From an uncultured virus (IMG/VR IMGVR_UViG_3300032893_002794) (Duplodnaviria > Heunggongvirae > Uroviricota > Caudoviricetes), in the IMG/VR virus record IMGVR_UViG_3300032893_002794: a DNA stretch of 64,000 nucleotides; one strand, 5' to 3'. Under the pieces are notes generated by a model that had not been told where the DNA came from, made no database searches, and saw nothing but the letters and a program-made list of their open reading frames with translations. Shown one piece after another: positions 1 to 9,374 of the stretch (positions within the stretch are counted from its first letter, which is position 1; each line of letters starts with the position of its first letter). A program made the position numbers and the translations under genes.

Positions 1-681
1 GGTCTCGGCCAAGGTCTCGCCGGTCGGACCGGGCGAGCTGCTCGGGACGCGCCCGCCGACTGTGACGACGGTGGGAGCTGTCGTGACTCCGGCGACATCG
101 AGCCGCAGGTACCTGACGTTGTCCTGCGTGGGCAGGGGACCGAGCTCGAGCACTGCGGGTGCGTTGTCGGGGAGAGCGTCGATCCTGAAGGTGCCTATGG
201 GGTTGAAGGCAGCACCGTCCATGCTGCCGAGCACGACGACGGGACCGCGGAAGCCGCCGCGGCACAGGTAGCAGATCTCCACCTCGACGCCGGTGGGTGG
301 AAAGAGCGACCAGGTGTCGACGATCGGAGTGAGACCCGTGAAGCCTGCCCCGAGGCTAGCTACCGTCGTGAAGTGGTTCTCGCCGGCGGCGCTTTGGGCG
401 GTGACCTCGCACGCGACCACCGTCGCGGGGGTGGCGTTCACGTTGCGCAGCTTGAACGCGCTGAAGGCTCCCGACACGGTCTGCTTGAGGCCTTCGGGGT
501 CGCCGGTGTTGAAGCTGACGATGGGATCGTAGGTGATGCCGTCCTGGGTCGCCAGGAGGTCGTAGCTGCCCTCGAAGGTACCCGACAGCTGGACCGTCTT
601 CGGACCGACGAGGTGGGAGACGTCGGCCGCGGCGCCTGTGCCCGTCGCTGGTACTGGTACTTGCACTGTGGCGTTGCTCAT
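1..681 (-). CDS. Putative virion structural protein, beta-rich; C-terminus runs off the window edge
   Basis: My translation from ATG at 681 (MSNATVQVPVPATGTGAAADVSHLVGPKTVQLSGTFEG...) stays open to position 1. GGAG RBS upstream. T/V/G/P-rich. Absent from the ORF track because it is truncated. Confidence 0.6.
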   Translation of the reverse strand, partial: MSNATVQVPVPATGTGAAADVSHLVGPKTVQLSGTFEGSYDLLATQDGITYDPIVSFNTGDPEGLKQTVSGAFSAFKLRNVNATPATVVACEVTAQSAAGENHFTTVASLGAGFTGLTPIVDTWSLFPPTGVEVEICYLCRGGFRGPVVVLGSMDGAAFNPIGTFRIDALPDNAPAVLELGPLPTQDNVRYLRLDVAGVTTAPTVVTVGGRVPSSSPGPTGETLAET

Positions 682-689
682 GGTTTCTC

Positions 690-1652
690 CTACACGTAGA
701 TCTCGGAAGGCAGTCCCGGTCCGACGCTCGGTGGCTGGTCGGGCACGTTAACATTTATTGCGGTCGGCACCGCGACCCCGGACGTGATGACGACCTCGCC
801 GGGCTGCGGCCCGGTGGAGACGTCCGCGTCGACCGTGGCGGCCGCGGGCGGCGCCGCGGCCGGGACGAAATTAGGCGGCGGCGGGGAGATGAAGACGTCG
901 ACTGTGCCGCCCTCCGTGTTGACCTGCTCGGAGCCCTGCCGGTTGACCGCCACCTCGAAGGTGTCGCCCGACTGGGGGGTCGTGAGGGTCGGCACGTCAC
1001 CGTTGTTGACGGTGGTGTCGTCGCGATTGATGACGACGAAGCTCGAACCGTAGTTCTGTATGGAGCGCGAGGCCCCCTGGTCGGCAGCGGTCAGCGTGTC
1101 GTCGCTGAACGTGATCTGCCTGCCCAGGAGCGAGACCGGGTAGGACGTCAGGCGGGGGGGCGAAGTGACGAGGTAGTACCGAGTGGTGGAGGGGGACGGC
1201 GGGTGGGGCAGGTTGTCGGCGTCGAGCACAATAGTGACCGTCACGGTGACGATCTCGTCCTCGACCAAGTTGGTCTGGAAGGACTCGGCCGGCCCCACCA
1301 CGGTGAAGTCGGACGGCTCGACGAACGTCTTGCCCTTGGCGTGGTCGGCCGGGTCGACCCACACCCACGTGCCCTGCCCGATCACCTGGGAGTCCACGTC
1401 GAACTCCGCTGCCCGCGGCGCGGGGGTGCTCGACGACGGCGCTAGGACGGGGAGCTCGTCGACGAGGAGGTTGCCGAACGTCGGGAAGACCCTCGACTGG
1501 ACGTCGTTTCGCGGCTTCGGGTAGCCCTCGTCGGCCGCGGCCACCAGGTCGTCTGTCTCGAGCGGGACGTCCTCTACCGTGCCGCCGTTGGGCGACGGGT
1601 TGCCGTAGGTCTCGGACTCGACGCTGACTAGACCGGGGTTCGTGACGTCCAT
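690..1652 (-). CDS. Putative virion structural protein (acidic, Pro/Thr/Val-rich)
   Basis: 320-aa ORF tightly packed in the minus-strand block; no recognisable enzyme motif. Confidence 0.55.
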   Translation of the reverse strand: MDVTNPGLVSVESETYGNPSPNGGTVEDVPLETDDLVAAADEGYPKPRNDVQSRVFPTFGNLLVDELPVLAPSSSTPAPRAAEFDVDSQVIGQGTWVWVDPADHAKGKTFVEPSDFTVVGPAESFQTNLVEDEIVTVTVTIVLDADNLPHPPSPSTTRYYLVTSPPRLTSYPVSLLGRQITFSDDTLTAADQGASRSIQNYGSSFVVINRDDTTVNNGDVPTLTTPQSGDTFEVAVNRQGSEQVNTEGGTVDVFISPPPPNFVPAAAPPAAATVDADVSTGPQPGEVVITSGVAVPTAINVNVPDQPPSVGPGLPSEIYV

Positions 1653-1660
1653 GCAGATCC

Positions 1661-1885
1661 TTAGAAGAGGTGTTTTTCTTTGCGGTTGAGCCAGACCCAG
1701 GCGATCAGGAACCCGAGACCTGGCAAGATGAATGGATGGTGGTCCAGCCAGGTATCATGTTGCTTGAGCTGGGCTTCGAGCTGGTCACGCGTCTCTTTTT
1801 GCGACTTCAATATCTCGTCGCCGGTGGGACTCGGGCCCGTGGCCCAGTTGCGAATCGTCTTGCCGAAAATTAGGTCGTGTGCCAT
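1661..1885 (-). CDS. Small membrane protein with one C-terminal TM helix
   Basis: FILPGLGFLIAWVWL followed by basic NRKEK; AAGGAAGG RBS. Confidence 0.65.
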   Translation of the reverse strand: MAHDLIFGKTIRNWATGPSPTGDEILKSQKETRDQLEAQLKQHDTWLDHHPFILPGLGFLIAWVWLNRKEKHLF

Positions 1886-1886
1886 G

Positions 1887-3749
1887 TCATCCTTCCTTGT
1901 GCCCCGAGTACCCGAGCATGCGGCGCAGCTCCGCCGACTGCGAGCGGGGCAAGAACTTCTTCTCCTCGCGCGACCACCCGATCGCGGCGTCGACGTCGAA
2001 CTCGGTCTCGCCGAGCAAGATCTCGTTGCCGAGGTAGGCTCCGAGCTCAGGGTCGCCCGCCGTACCGTGGAGCTCGTCCTCGCGCTTGGCGAGCAGGTCG
2101 CGGACCTTCTGATCGAGCTGCGGGGCGATGCCGCCCGCGTACCCCGACGGTTTTTCCGGGTCGACTACCATGACCTCGGGAGCCTTGGCGTACTGGAGGA
2201 CGACGGGAGCGCCGTCGCGCAGCTTCTCAGCCGTGCCGGCGGCGGCGAACTCGGCCTCGCGGCCCATGCCGAGCACGAGCGAGGGATCTTCGAGCCTGCC
2301 GTCAGGCAGGTAGACGAGCGCGTGGTAGTGGTAGTTGCCCTTGGGGCCGCGGCGCCACTTCGCGAAGGGCTTGGCTCGGATGCCTCCCGCGATCTTCTTC
2401 CACCCGGAAAACGTGCCCCCCTGCTGCGGGTAGCGGGGGTCGGCGACCTCCGTCCTGCTCTTGTCCCAGGTGGCGGTGCGCTCGTAGTGGTAGGGTAGCT
2501 CGCGCAGCTCGGCCACCCTGTAGCACGCTAGATCTTCGCAGTTGTGGACGATGACGTCCGACTCTGGGAGGTAGAATCGTCCGGTGTCGGTTGTGATGTC
2601 GCAGCAGAGCTCCGGTTCGCACTCCCTTATGCCCACGACCCTGGCGTTGTCGCGGGTGCTGTCCGGCTGTCGCACGGTGACTCTGTACATGGGGTGGGTG
2701 CCCAGTCCGCCGTGGTCGTCCCACCGACGCACGTGTACGCTCTGCCCCAGCATGCGGTAGAGGATCCGCAGCTGCAGGGCCAAGATTTCCGACGTGGTGC
2801 CGTGAGTGAAGGTTCCTGAGCTGGAGCAGGAGGCGTCGGCCAGGAGACCATCGATCAGCGAGACGACTTGATCACGAGACATCGAGAGTGACGGGAGATG
2901 CTTGTCGGGGGCTCGGTGTCCGCAGCCGTGCATGTGGGCTGCCAGCTCCCGGTGGTTGACGGCTATGTACCTCTCATGCCACCTGGTGCTGCACTGGATC
3001 TTCTTGCAGAGAGCCTCCACGCGACGCTTTTGCTCTTCTTTCTTGCACCCGTCCTTGCCTGATATGCAGAAGCGCGGGTGGCGAGGATAGTCGGACCAGC
3101 CGTCAGCCACGTAGACACCGAGAAGCCAGGCGAAGTCTCTCGGATCGAGACCAAAAGATTCAGACTCTGTTCTGGTGGGGAACTCACTCGTGGGTACTTT
3201 GAGGTAGTCTCCTACTACTACCTGCTCAGCTCTCTTCTCGGTATCGTCGCGCAGAAATACGCGGTGCTCGGGCGAGCATCGAAGGACAGAGCCGTTGCGA
3301 AGGTCGAGCTCGAGTATCGGCTTCTCGCCGGTCACGAGATTTTCGGTAACGGTCGTGAAGCAACCGTCACCCATGATCTTATCGCCAGGTACCAAGCTGC
3401 CGATGGCCTTGACGGTGTAGTCCTCGAGGAGGACCAGCGTGGAGACGGGTAGGCAGTCCCCCCAGTAGCCGGGGTAGACCCCTCGGCCCATGGTGCCCAT
3501 GAGCAGCGAGGGGATGTCGGGCCAGATCTCGGTGCCTTTCTCGGTCTCGTAGTGCAGCCCCGACCGGTAGACCGACGGGTAGTTGTGCTCGACGAGACCC
3601 CTCTTCTTGAACTCCTCGAACTGCCGGAGGTGGGTCTGGTTCACTCGACACAGACCCTCCATGAGCCAGAGCATGCGCATCTGCGACCACACCTGGTCGA
3701 AGTCGCCCCGGAACATCTGGCACCGGATGACGATGTTTGGCATTCCCAT
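1887..3749 (-). CDS. Transglutaminase-like (papain-fold) cysteine protease containing an intein
   Basis: Removing the intein restores WGD-C-EDLACYRVAEL; downstream YHA...EDPS gives candidate His and Asp triad residues. Confidence 0.75.
   Translation of the reverse strand: MGMPNIVIRCQMFRGDFDQVWSQMRMLWLMEGLCRVNQTHLRQFEEFKKRGLVEHNYPSVYRSGLHYETEKGTEIWPDIPSLLMGTMGRGVYPGYWGDCLPVSTLVLLEDYTVKAIGSLVPGDKIMGDGCFTTVTENLVTGEKPILELDLRNGSVLRCSPEHRVFLRDDTEKRAEQVVVGDYLKVPTSEFPTRTESESFGLDPRDFAWLLGVYVADGWSDYPRHPRFCISGKDGCKKEEQKRRVEALCKKIQCSTRWHERYIAVNHRELAAHMHGCGHRAPDKHLPSLSMSRDQVVSLIDGLLADASCSSSGTFTHGTTSEILALQLRILYRMLGQSVHVRRWDDHGGLGTHPMYRVTVRQPDSTRDNARVVGIRECEPELCCDITTDTGRFYLPESDVIVHNCEDLACYRVAELRELPYHYERTATWDKSRTEVADPRYPQQGGTFSGWKKIAGGIRAKPFAKWRRGPKGNYHYHALVYLPDGRLEDPSLVLGMGREAEFAAAGTAEKLRDGAPVVLQYAKAPEVMVVDPEKPSGYAGGIAPQLDQKVRDLLAKREDELHGTAGDPELGAYLGNEILLGETEFDVDAAIGWSREEKKFLPRSQSAELRRMLGYSGHKEG
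2541..3455 (-). other. Intein (305 aa) with LAGLIDADG homing endonuclease
   Basis: Starts CLPVSTLV; block B CSPEHRV; LAGLIDADG motifs LLGVYVADGW and LIDGLLADAS; ends VIVHN followed by +1 Cys. Confidence 0.93.
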
Positions 3750-3818
3750 GGAGATCTCCGCGGCGAAAAGTCTGCGCCGGCCTGTCGTGGTGGGATCGCT
3801 CCTAGTCGGTGAAGATCT

Positions 3819-3858
3819 CCGGGGTCGCGGCGCGAACCCACCGCGCGCCGGACCCCGG
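3819..3858. terminator. GC-rich intergenic hairpin (terminator or RNA processing/stability element)
   Basis: CCGGGGTC-G-CGGCGCG ... CGCGCCG-GACCCCGG inverted repeat just downstream of the 3887-4237 gene; no clear U-tract. Confidence 0.4.
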
Positions 3859-3886
3859 GACTATTCAGTTGTGTTGCGGGGCCGAA

Positions 3887-4237
3887 CTAGGCCGGGCTGC
3901 CGGGCTTGACCGTCGCCAAGATCAGCACGTTGAACGCGCTGTCCGCGAGGGTCGCGAGGGGCGATCCCTTGTAGATCGCGATCCGTTTGACGAACGGGTC
4001 GCTGGCGTCCACCGAGCACGACACAGGGACGCCCGTGATCGTGCCCTTCGGGGTCACGACGGCTTGCATGCGCGCGTCGTCGATGCCGTGGGCGGCCGGC
4101 AGGGTGACGGTGTAGAGACCGGCGCTCACGCGCGCGGTGACCACGCCGCTGTTCGTGTTGGGGCTCGTCCCGTCGGCGAGCACCTCGGCGTACGCCGCGA
4201 TGGCGAGGCCGACGCTGTCGTAGATCATAGCTGGCAT
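3887..4237 (-). CDS. Small beta-rich putative structural protein
   Basis: Likely start MPAMIYDS at 4237 with GGAG RBS; VTARVSAGLYTVT strand pattern; adjacent to the candidate capsid gene. Confidence 0.55.
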   Translation of the reverse strand: MPAMIYDSVGLAIAAYAEVLADGTSPNTNSGVVTARVSAGLYTVTLPAAHGIDDARMQAVVTPKGTITGVPVSCSVDASDPFVKRIAIYKGSPLATLADSAFNVLILATVKPGSPA

Positions 4238-4362
4238 GAGATATCTTCTCCCAGAGTTGAGGGTTGGATGTTTGAGACCCCTCGCCGGCGGCTCCTGCGT
4301 AACTGCCGACTGACTGCGCGACACTCCCTGCCGCCGGTCGAGTGATCTCGGTTTTTGACTGC

Positions 4363-4968
4363 CTACTCGACGGCCGGGCCGACGAGACCGCCCTGGAACT
4401 GCTGGGCCTGCCCGTTCTGGTTGGTCACGCTGATCGTGACGAACATGCTGATCTGCGCCGTGTCCATCTTGAGGCGGACGCCGAACGCGTTCTCGGTGAA
4501 CATCACGGCCGGCAGGGCGCCGGTCGAGACGAGCTGCGAGTTCTTGCCGACCTTGATGTCGGTGATGAGGAAGAACGGGGCCAGGTTGCTCGGAACGACA
4601 AGTCGCTCCGGGCGAAATATCACTTGCGGTTGCACGTTGATATTCGCCGAGCTGTTGCCGGCGACGGTCGTCGACCCGAGACCGAGAGCGTACTCTCGGC
4701 TCGAGCGCGGGGCCACGGAGCGCAGGAGGGTGCCCGCGGCCACGCGGCGGCGGAGCAGGTCGCGCGCCATCGCCTGCTTCTGCGCCTTGTTGCGGCTGTG
4801 CTGCTTGAGGACGGCCCCGAGGACGTCGTCGCCCGAGTCGTCGCCCGAGTCGTCGCCGACGAAGGCGCCGAGGGCGTCGTCGCCGTCGAGCAGGTCGCCC
4901 AAGATCTCGCTCCGGTCGAGTCCGGCCAGCTCGTCACCTTCGATGTCGCCGTACATGTCACGCATCAT
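4363..4968 (-). CDS. Candidate major capsid protein: acidic Gly/Asp N-terminus plus all-beta domain (possible single jelly roll)
   Basis: Strong RBS (AGAAAGG) and GDDSGDD low-complexity leader. The ~110-aa alternating beta-strand domain QPQVIFRPERLVV...IKVGKNSQLVS...SVTN is shared with three other ORFs. The capsid role is inference. Confidence 0.5.
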   Translation of the reverse strand: MMRDMYGDIEGDELAGLDRSEILGDLLDGDDALGAFVGDDSGDDSGDDVLGAVLKQHSRNKAQKQAMARDLLRRRVAAGTLLRSVAPRSSREYALGLGSTTVAGNSSANINVQPQVIFRPERLVVPSNLAPFFLITDIKVGKNSQLVSTGALPAVMFTENAFGVRLKMDTAQISMFVTISVTNQNGQAQQFQGGLVGPAVE

Positions 4969-5108
4969 GATCGTCGTACCTTTCTTGCACACCGCGAGAC
5001 CTCGTCCCGGGCCTCGTGCTGACGGCTCGGTAGTTAGCTCCCGCGGCTGATGTTGTTGGGGAGTTTGGGTGTCTCTCGTGCTGCCTAACTAGGTCGAGAA
5101 GTGGAGAC

Positions 5109-5576
5109 CTAGGCCCTGACCAAGGACGCGAGCTCCTTGTCCGCGATGGATCCGCCACCCGCGGGCTCCTTGCCGACGTCGCCGAACATCCCGGACATCC
5201 CCTTGACGAAGCTGCCGCCAGCCGCCCAGCGCTCGCCCACTCGGTAGCCCGTCGTCGTGAAGAACGACGCGAGGGCACCGTCGGCGAAGGCGTGCAGGTG
5301 GTGGGCGTAGCCCCGTGCGAACGGGAAGAGTCCCAAGATGTGGAAGGTCGCACCTGCCAGGAGGTCGACCGGGAGGGCGAAGAGCGTGAGCCCGCCCTGC
5401 GACTTGAAGCGTCCCTGCAGGACGCCGAAGGCGAAGGACGAGATCGACACTTCCGAGCTCCGCACGACCTTGAGCTCTTTCGAGAGGATGGAGTCTGCCC
5501 GACGGAGCAGGCCGCGGGCTCCGAGCCCGTAGCTGCCCAGAGAGGACCGGATGTTCGCGCTCGACAATGAAAGCAT
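5109..5576 (-). CDS. Gly-rich membrane protein, putative virion membrane component
   Basis: AAGGAG RBS; two or three hydrophobic Gly/Ala/Phe-rich segments. Confidence 0.6.
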   Translation of the reverse strand: MLSLSSANIRSSLGSYGLGARGLLRRADSILSKELKVVRSSEVSISSFAFGVLQGRFKSQGGLTLFALPVDLLAGATFHILGLFPFARGYAHHLHAFADGALASFFTTTGYRVGERWAAGGSFVKGMSGMFGDVGKEPAGGGSIADKELASLVRA

Positions 5577-5728
5577 GCTGTGTCTCCTTTTACTTTTTCT
5601 TCCCGAAGCCTCGGCCTCGGACCGTTTGGCCCACTCGTGGGCCCAGTGCCTATCAATCGTAGGCGACGCAGGAGCCCCACGACAAAGCAGTCAGCACGAC
5701 CCCATTTTTCGGAGAGAAAAGTGAAAAA

Positions 5729-5854
5729 TTCTCGCGAAACTAAGTGCCAAGATTCGCAATTCGCGAATCAAGGCAGGCACCTCTGCGCGATGGAGAGCGG
5801 ACCTTTGTCTCAGTAATGAGACAATTTTGGTCGTGGTTGAATAATTCGCGAATT
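5729..5854. promoter_or_regulatory. Repeated TCGCGA-core palindromes in an AT-rich divergent intergenic region (putative operators)
   Basis: TTCTCGCGAA 5729-5738, ATTCGCGAAT 5759-5768, AATTCGCGAATT 5843-5854. Confidence 0.35.
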
Positions 5855-5875
5855 GTGGATATCCTCCGCTGGTCG

Positions 5876-6421
5876 ATGCTCAAAGCCGAGTCGCTCAAGC
5901 CTCAGGACATCTTGACCGCGTGCAAGCTCTTTGCCTACGAGGCGAGGGGTGGCGAGCTCACGTACTCTGGGCTCGGCAGGGACGTCGGTCTCTCGCCGTC
6001 CGAGGCTCACGCGTCCGTCGAGCGGTGCCGCAGGGCCGCGCTCCTCACGCCCAGCAACGTGGTGGTGAGGCGCAACCTGCGCGAGCTGCTCGTCGCGGGA
6101 GTGCCGCTCGTCTACTACCCCACCCGGGGAGGGCTCGCCTGCGGCATGCTGACCTCGATCCACGCTCCGTCCTTGGTCGGCCGGATAGCGCCGTCGGCCC
6201 CCGTGCTGGTGCCCGTCGTGTGGCCGGGCTCGGGCAGGGACAGGGGCGAGAGCCTCTCGCCGGTCTACAAGGCGGTGCCGCAGGCCTGCGCCGCGGACGC
6301 CGTCCTATACGAGGTCATGGCGCTCGTCGACGTGGTCCGGGTCGGGGCACCGTCGGAGAGGTCGGCGGCAGTGGACATCATCGACAAGCTCCTCTCAGCC
6401 CGGAGGGGAAGCAGGGACTAG
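5876..6421 (+). CDS. Winged-HTH (MarR-like) protein of the 'LKPQD' family
   Basis: LKPQDIL...TYSGLGRDVGLSPSEAHASVER HTH; C-terminal VWP...PVYKAVP...LYEVMALVDVVRVG. Confidence 0.65.
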   Translation: MLKAESLKPQDILTACKLFAYEARGGELTYSGLGRDVGLSPSEAHASVERCRRAALLTPSNVVVRRNLRELLVAGVPLVYYPTRGGLACGMLTSIHAPSLVGRIAPSAPVLVPVVWPGSGRDRGESLSPVYKAVPQACAADAVLYEVMALVDVVRVGAPSERSAAVDIIDKLLSARRGSRD

Positions 6422-6430
6422 GAGGTCATC

Positions 6431-7429
6431 GTGAGCACGACAAAATCGAAGATCAGTTTCTACCTGGGAATCGTGAAGGCCGGCAGTTACCTCACCCACA
6501 TCTGCTACGACTACCCGATCCACAAGTGCGTGGCAGATCCATCGCACTTCCAGAGCTTCACGCCCTCAAGCGTTCAGCTCAGTGCCACCAGCGATCTTAC
6601 GAGAGCCAAGAGCGACGCTCCTGAGCTCAAGAAGATCAGCGCGAATGGCCGATCTCTGAAAGTCAATCGATTGGGTGACTCCTCCGTATACGATGTCTTG
6701 GGTGAGACGCCTCTCGAGATGGGAGCCGTCTTCAGCTTCGAGGTGGAGAGCAAGCTGGATCATGACGTCGTTCTCTGGGCCACGGTGTCTGGTCACTTCC
6801 AGGACACCCATACCAGCGGCAGGCAGACCAGCGAGAGACAGCAGGGCGAAAGCTCTGAGGCCCCGGGCCTGCTCAGCACGGTCCGCCGCACTGTCGCCAA
6901 GCTGTGCCAGGGAGTAGTCGAGTCCGTCGACGCTTCTCTGCGCGCGTGGCGGGAGGTCGAGGACGGAGCCCGGCAGATCGCCACCTCGAGACCTGCAGTC
7001 GAGGCCTCCGCTGCGTTCGGGCCCGTTGTCGTGGACGGGTTCTCCGCGGAGCGCCCATCCGAAAAGCTCGTGGACGTCGTCGTGGTGAGGTTCGCCAGAC
7101 CCTTCGTCCCGAGGGTGCTCTGGTTCTCTCCCCAGCATGTCACGGCGTTTACGATCGTGGACCTGAGGGTGCGCAGGCGGGTAGACGGACCGTCGCACCT
7201 CAAGAAACTTGATCTAGATAGTCTCAAAGAGGACAAACGACTCACAGATCTCTTGGGCAAGAGCATGATGCTGAGCTCGTCGCCCATGCCGGGGCTCTGC
7301 TTCGCAGATGGCGGGGGAGCGATCTACTGCGACCCCGTGGGAGTGGACGAAGAGCTCTGCATCTTCGTGCGGAATAACGATGCGACTCCCGCTGAGCTTG
7401 GCGGCCTGGTGATCGGGGACGTGATTTAG
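6431..7429 (+). CDS. Divergent paralog of the candidate capsid beta domain (probably two copies)
   Basis: C-terminal PFVPRVLWF...FTIVDLRV...SSPMPGLCF...IFVRN...LGGLVIG aligns by eye with 4363-4968. Confidence 0.55.
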   Translation: MSTTKSKISFYLGIVKAGSYLTHICYDYPIHKCVADPSHFQSFTPSSVQLSATSDLTRAKSDAPELKKISANGRSLKVNRLGDSSVYDVLGETPLEMGAVFSFEVESKLDHDVVLWATVSGHFQDTHTSGRQTSERQQGESSEAPGLLSTVRRTVAKLCQGVVESVDASLRAWREVEDGARQIATSRPAVEASAAFGPVVVDGFSAERPSEKLVDVVVVRFARPFVPRVLWFSPQHVTAFTIVDLRVRRRVDGPSHLKKLDLDSLKEDKRLTDLLGKSMMLSSSPMPGLCFADGGGAIYCDPVGVDEELCIFVRNNDATPAELGGLVIGDVI

Positions 7430-7525
7430 GACTTGGTAGTTTCTAAGTAGTCCAACGACTCTGAAGTTTTCAGGTGAGAGGAGCTCTGCAGATCTCCTGA
7501 CGACACCTCAAGAAAGGAAAATTCT

Positions 7526-8110
7526 ATGGGACGACAGTCCGTAAAGCCACCAAGCGCCGACGGCCAGCTCGCCACTCGCGAGTACTTGCTGGGGCTGCAT
7601 ATTCACATCACCGACGAGGACGTCAAGTCGAACGTCCGCATCGCCGTGGCGAGGATGCGCAAGATCTGGGCCCACCGGGCCAGCGGGCTCTCGATCCAGC
7701 AGAGCCCCGAGGAGGAGGAGCTCGACAGGAAGCTGCTCGCGGGCGAGCTCGAGATCTTAGTGGCACCCGGCCAGACGATCAGCCTGCACGCGCAGCCCCA
7801 GGTGGTGTTCAGGCCGACCCACCTCGTCCTCGACGACGAGGCCGCCGAGTGGTACGACGTCGTCGACGTCAAGGTCGGCAAGAACAGCCAGCTGGTCAGC
7901 GGCGATCGGCTACCCGGCACGGCCTTCAGGGCGAGCACCTCTCCGTGCTGCAAGATGGACATCGCTCAGATCAGCATGTACTGCGCGGTGTCCGTCGTCA
8001 ACGTGTCCGACAGGCCACAACGGCTGCCCCGGGCGATGCTCAGGGGAGTCTCCGGTGACTACAACATCACGCCTCAGATCGCCGCCGGTCTGGACTTTCC
8101 GACGGTCTGA
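7526..8110 (+). CDS. Close paralog of the candidate capsid beta domain
   Basis: QPQVVFRP, KVGKNSQLVS and KMDIAQISM are nearly identical to 4363-4968; unrelated N-terminus; AGAAAGG RBS. Confidence 0.8.
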   Translation: MGRQSVKPPSADGQLATREYLLGLHIHITDEDVKSNVRIAVARMRKIWAHRASGLSIQQSPEEEELDRKLLAGELEILVAPGQTISLHAQPQVVFRPTHLVLDDEAAEWYDVVDVKVGKNSQLVSGDRLPGTAFRASTSPCCKMDIAQISMYCAVSVVNVSDRPQRLPRAMLRGVSGDYNITPQIAAGLDFPTV

Positions 8111-8130
8111 ACATATCGACTGCTCTCTCC

Positions 8131-8661
8131 ATGTGGGATACAGAGCTCGACGACTTGATGGCCTTCTGGTCGGCCACCGAGACCGCCGCCCGGAGGTCGC
8201 AGGGGCTCGATCGCTGGCTACTTCGAGTAAAGAGCGACCTCGTGCTCGCCCTGCTGCTGTGGCAATTCTTGGCCGGTAGGTATGGGAGACGCTCGCCACG
8301 AGTTGAGGCGAGCGGAAGCCTCCACTCCCGAGGGTGCTTGGTGGCGCTCGTCGCACCATGTCTCTACGAGGTCCTGGGGGAGGTGGGGGAGGTCATCGCG
8401 CGCGATCTTCTGGACCCTCCCGCCCAGGTGAGGTGCCACGCCGCCGGTAAGCTGGTCCACCGCCGGTGGCTGGCGTACTATCGCGCGGTGCTGTCGTCGA
8501 CGGGGTGGCTGTGCCGCGAGAACACCAGCCAACATCAACGTGCAACCACAAAATTGGGCACCGCCTCTGCTCACCGGAGGGAGGCGGGGCCTCTCACGTC
8601 GGAGGTGAAGCATGGGAATGAGGTACGAAGACGTCGGCGGATCTTTCGAGGCCGGTTATGA
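8131..8661 (+). CDS. Hypothetical protein
   Basis: 176-aa ORF continuing the plus-strand block; competing minus-strand ORF exists. Confidence 0.35.
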   Translation: MWDTELDDLMAFWSATETAARRSQGLDRWLLRVKSDLVLALLLWQFLAGRYGRRSPRVEASGSLHSRGCLVALVAPCLYEVLGEVGEVIARDLLDPPAQVRCHAAGKLVHRRWLAYYRAVLSSTGWLCRENTSQHQRATTKLGTASAHRREAGPLTSEVKHGNEVRRRRRIFRGRL

Positions 8662-8912
8662 CGGCCAGTCCTGCGTGGTGCTCAGGCTGAAGGATTCTAC
8701 GGGACCGAACTACCACCTGACTCGTCAGGTTATCCACGAGCTCCTTGGGTTGTTCCCAGCGGAGAGTAAGGGAACAGAGGCTCCATCTGAGCGCTGCCCG
8801 TACGGTGGACCAGACACGCCGTCGTCGTGCCGGCTGCCCAAGGGGCACGGAGGACTTCACGAGCGTCGTCCGGGCCGCTAGTCTCTGAGTGGGAGAGGTA
8901 GAGAGATCTCGC

Positions 8913-9374
8913 TCACCGGCGCTCGCGCCGCAAGATCTTGAGGGCGTCCCTCAAGATTGGCAGCTGGGCGCGATCTTTCATGCGGTTTGCCGCCCTCTTC
9001 GAAGCTATCACGCGGTCGAGTGGCAGCACCCGCACGACGATTTCAGGAGCGAGCTCAACTCCTACCGACCTCGCGAGCTCGGCGCCGAAGCTCTCGAGCC
9101 CGTCAGGTCTCCACACGAGGTCGAAGTCGTCGAGCCCGGGGCCCGACACCACGGGTGGGTTGGCTCGCCAGGCGTATACTCCGCCGACCGTGCGGCAGGC
9201 CTCGGACAGCTTGCTCGTCTGACCTTGGTCCACCCACAGGTCTATGTCCATGGTGGTGCCCGGGACTCCGTGCAGTATGGCGGCGCTCATGCCCACCACC
9301 ATGTACGATACGCCGCTCGTCTCGAGTGCCCTCAGGAAGGCGAGCTGCTCGTCCGTCAGGAGCGGGGTACTCAC
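8913..9374 (-). CDS. Pol-beta-superfamily nucleotidyltransferase (putative toxin)
   Basis: YMVVGMSAAILHG...TMDIDLWV and C-terminal KRAANRMKD; GTG start overlaps the upstream stop. Confidence 0.8.
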   Translation of the reverse strand: MSTPLLTDEQLAFLRALETSGVSYMVVGMSAAILHGVPGTTMDIDLWVDQGQTSKLSEACRTVGGVYAWRANPPVVSGPGLDDFDLVWRPDGLESFGAELARSVGVELAPEIVVRVLPLDRVIASKRAANRMKDRAQLPILRDALKILRRERR

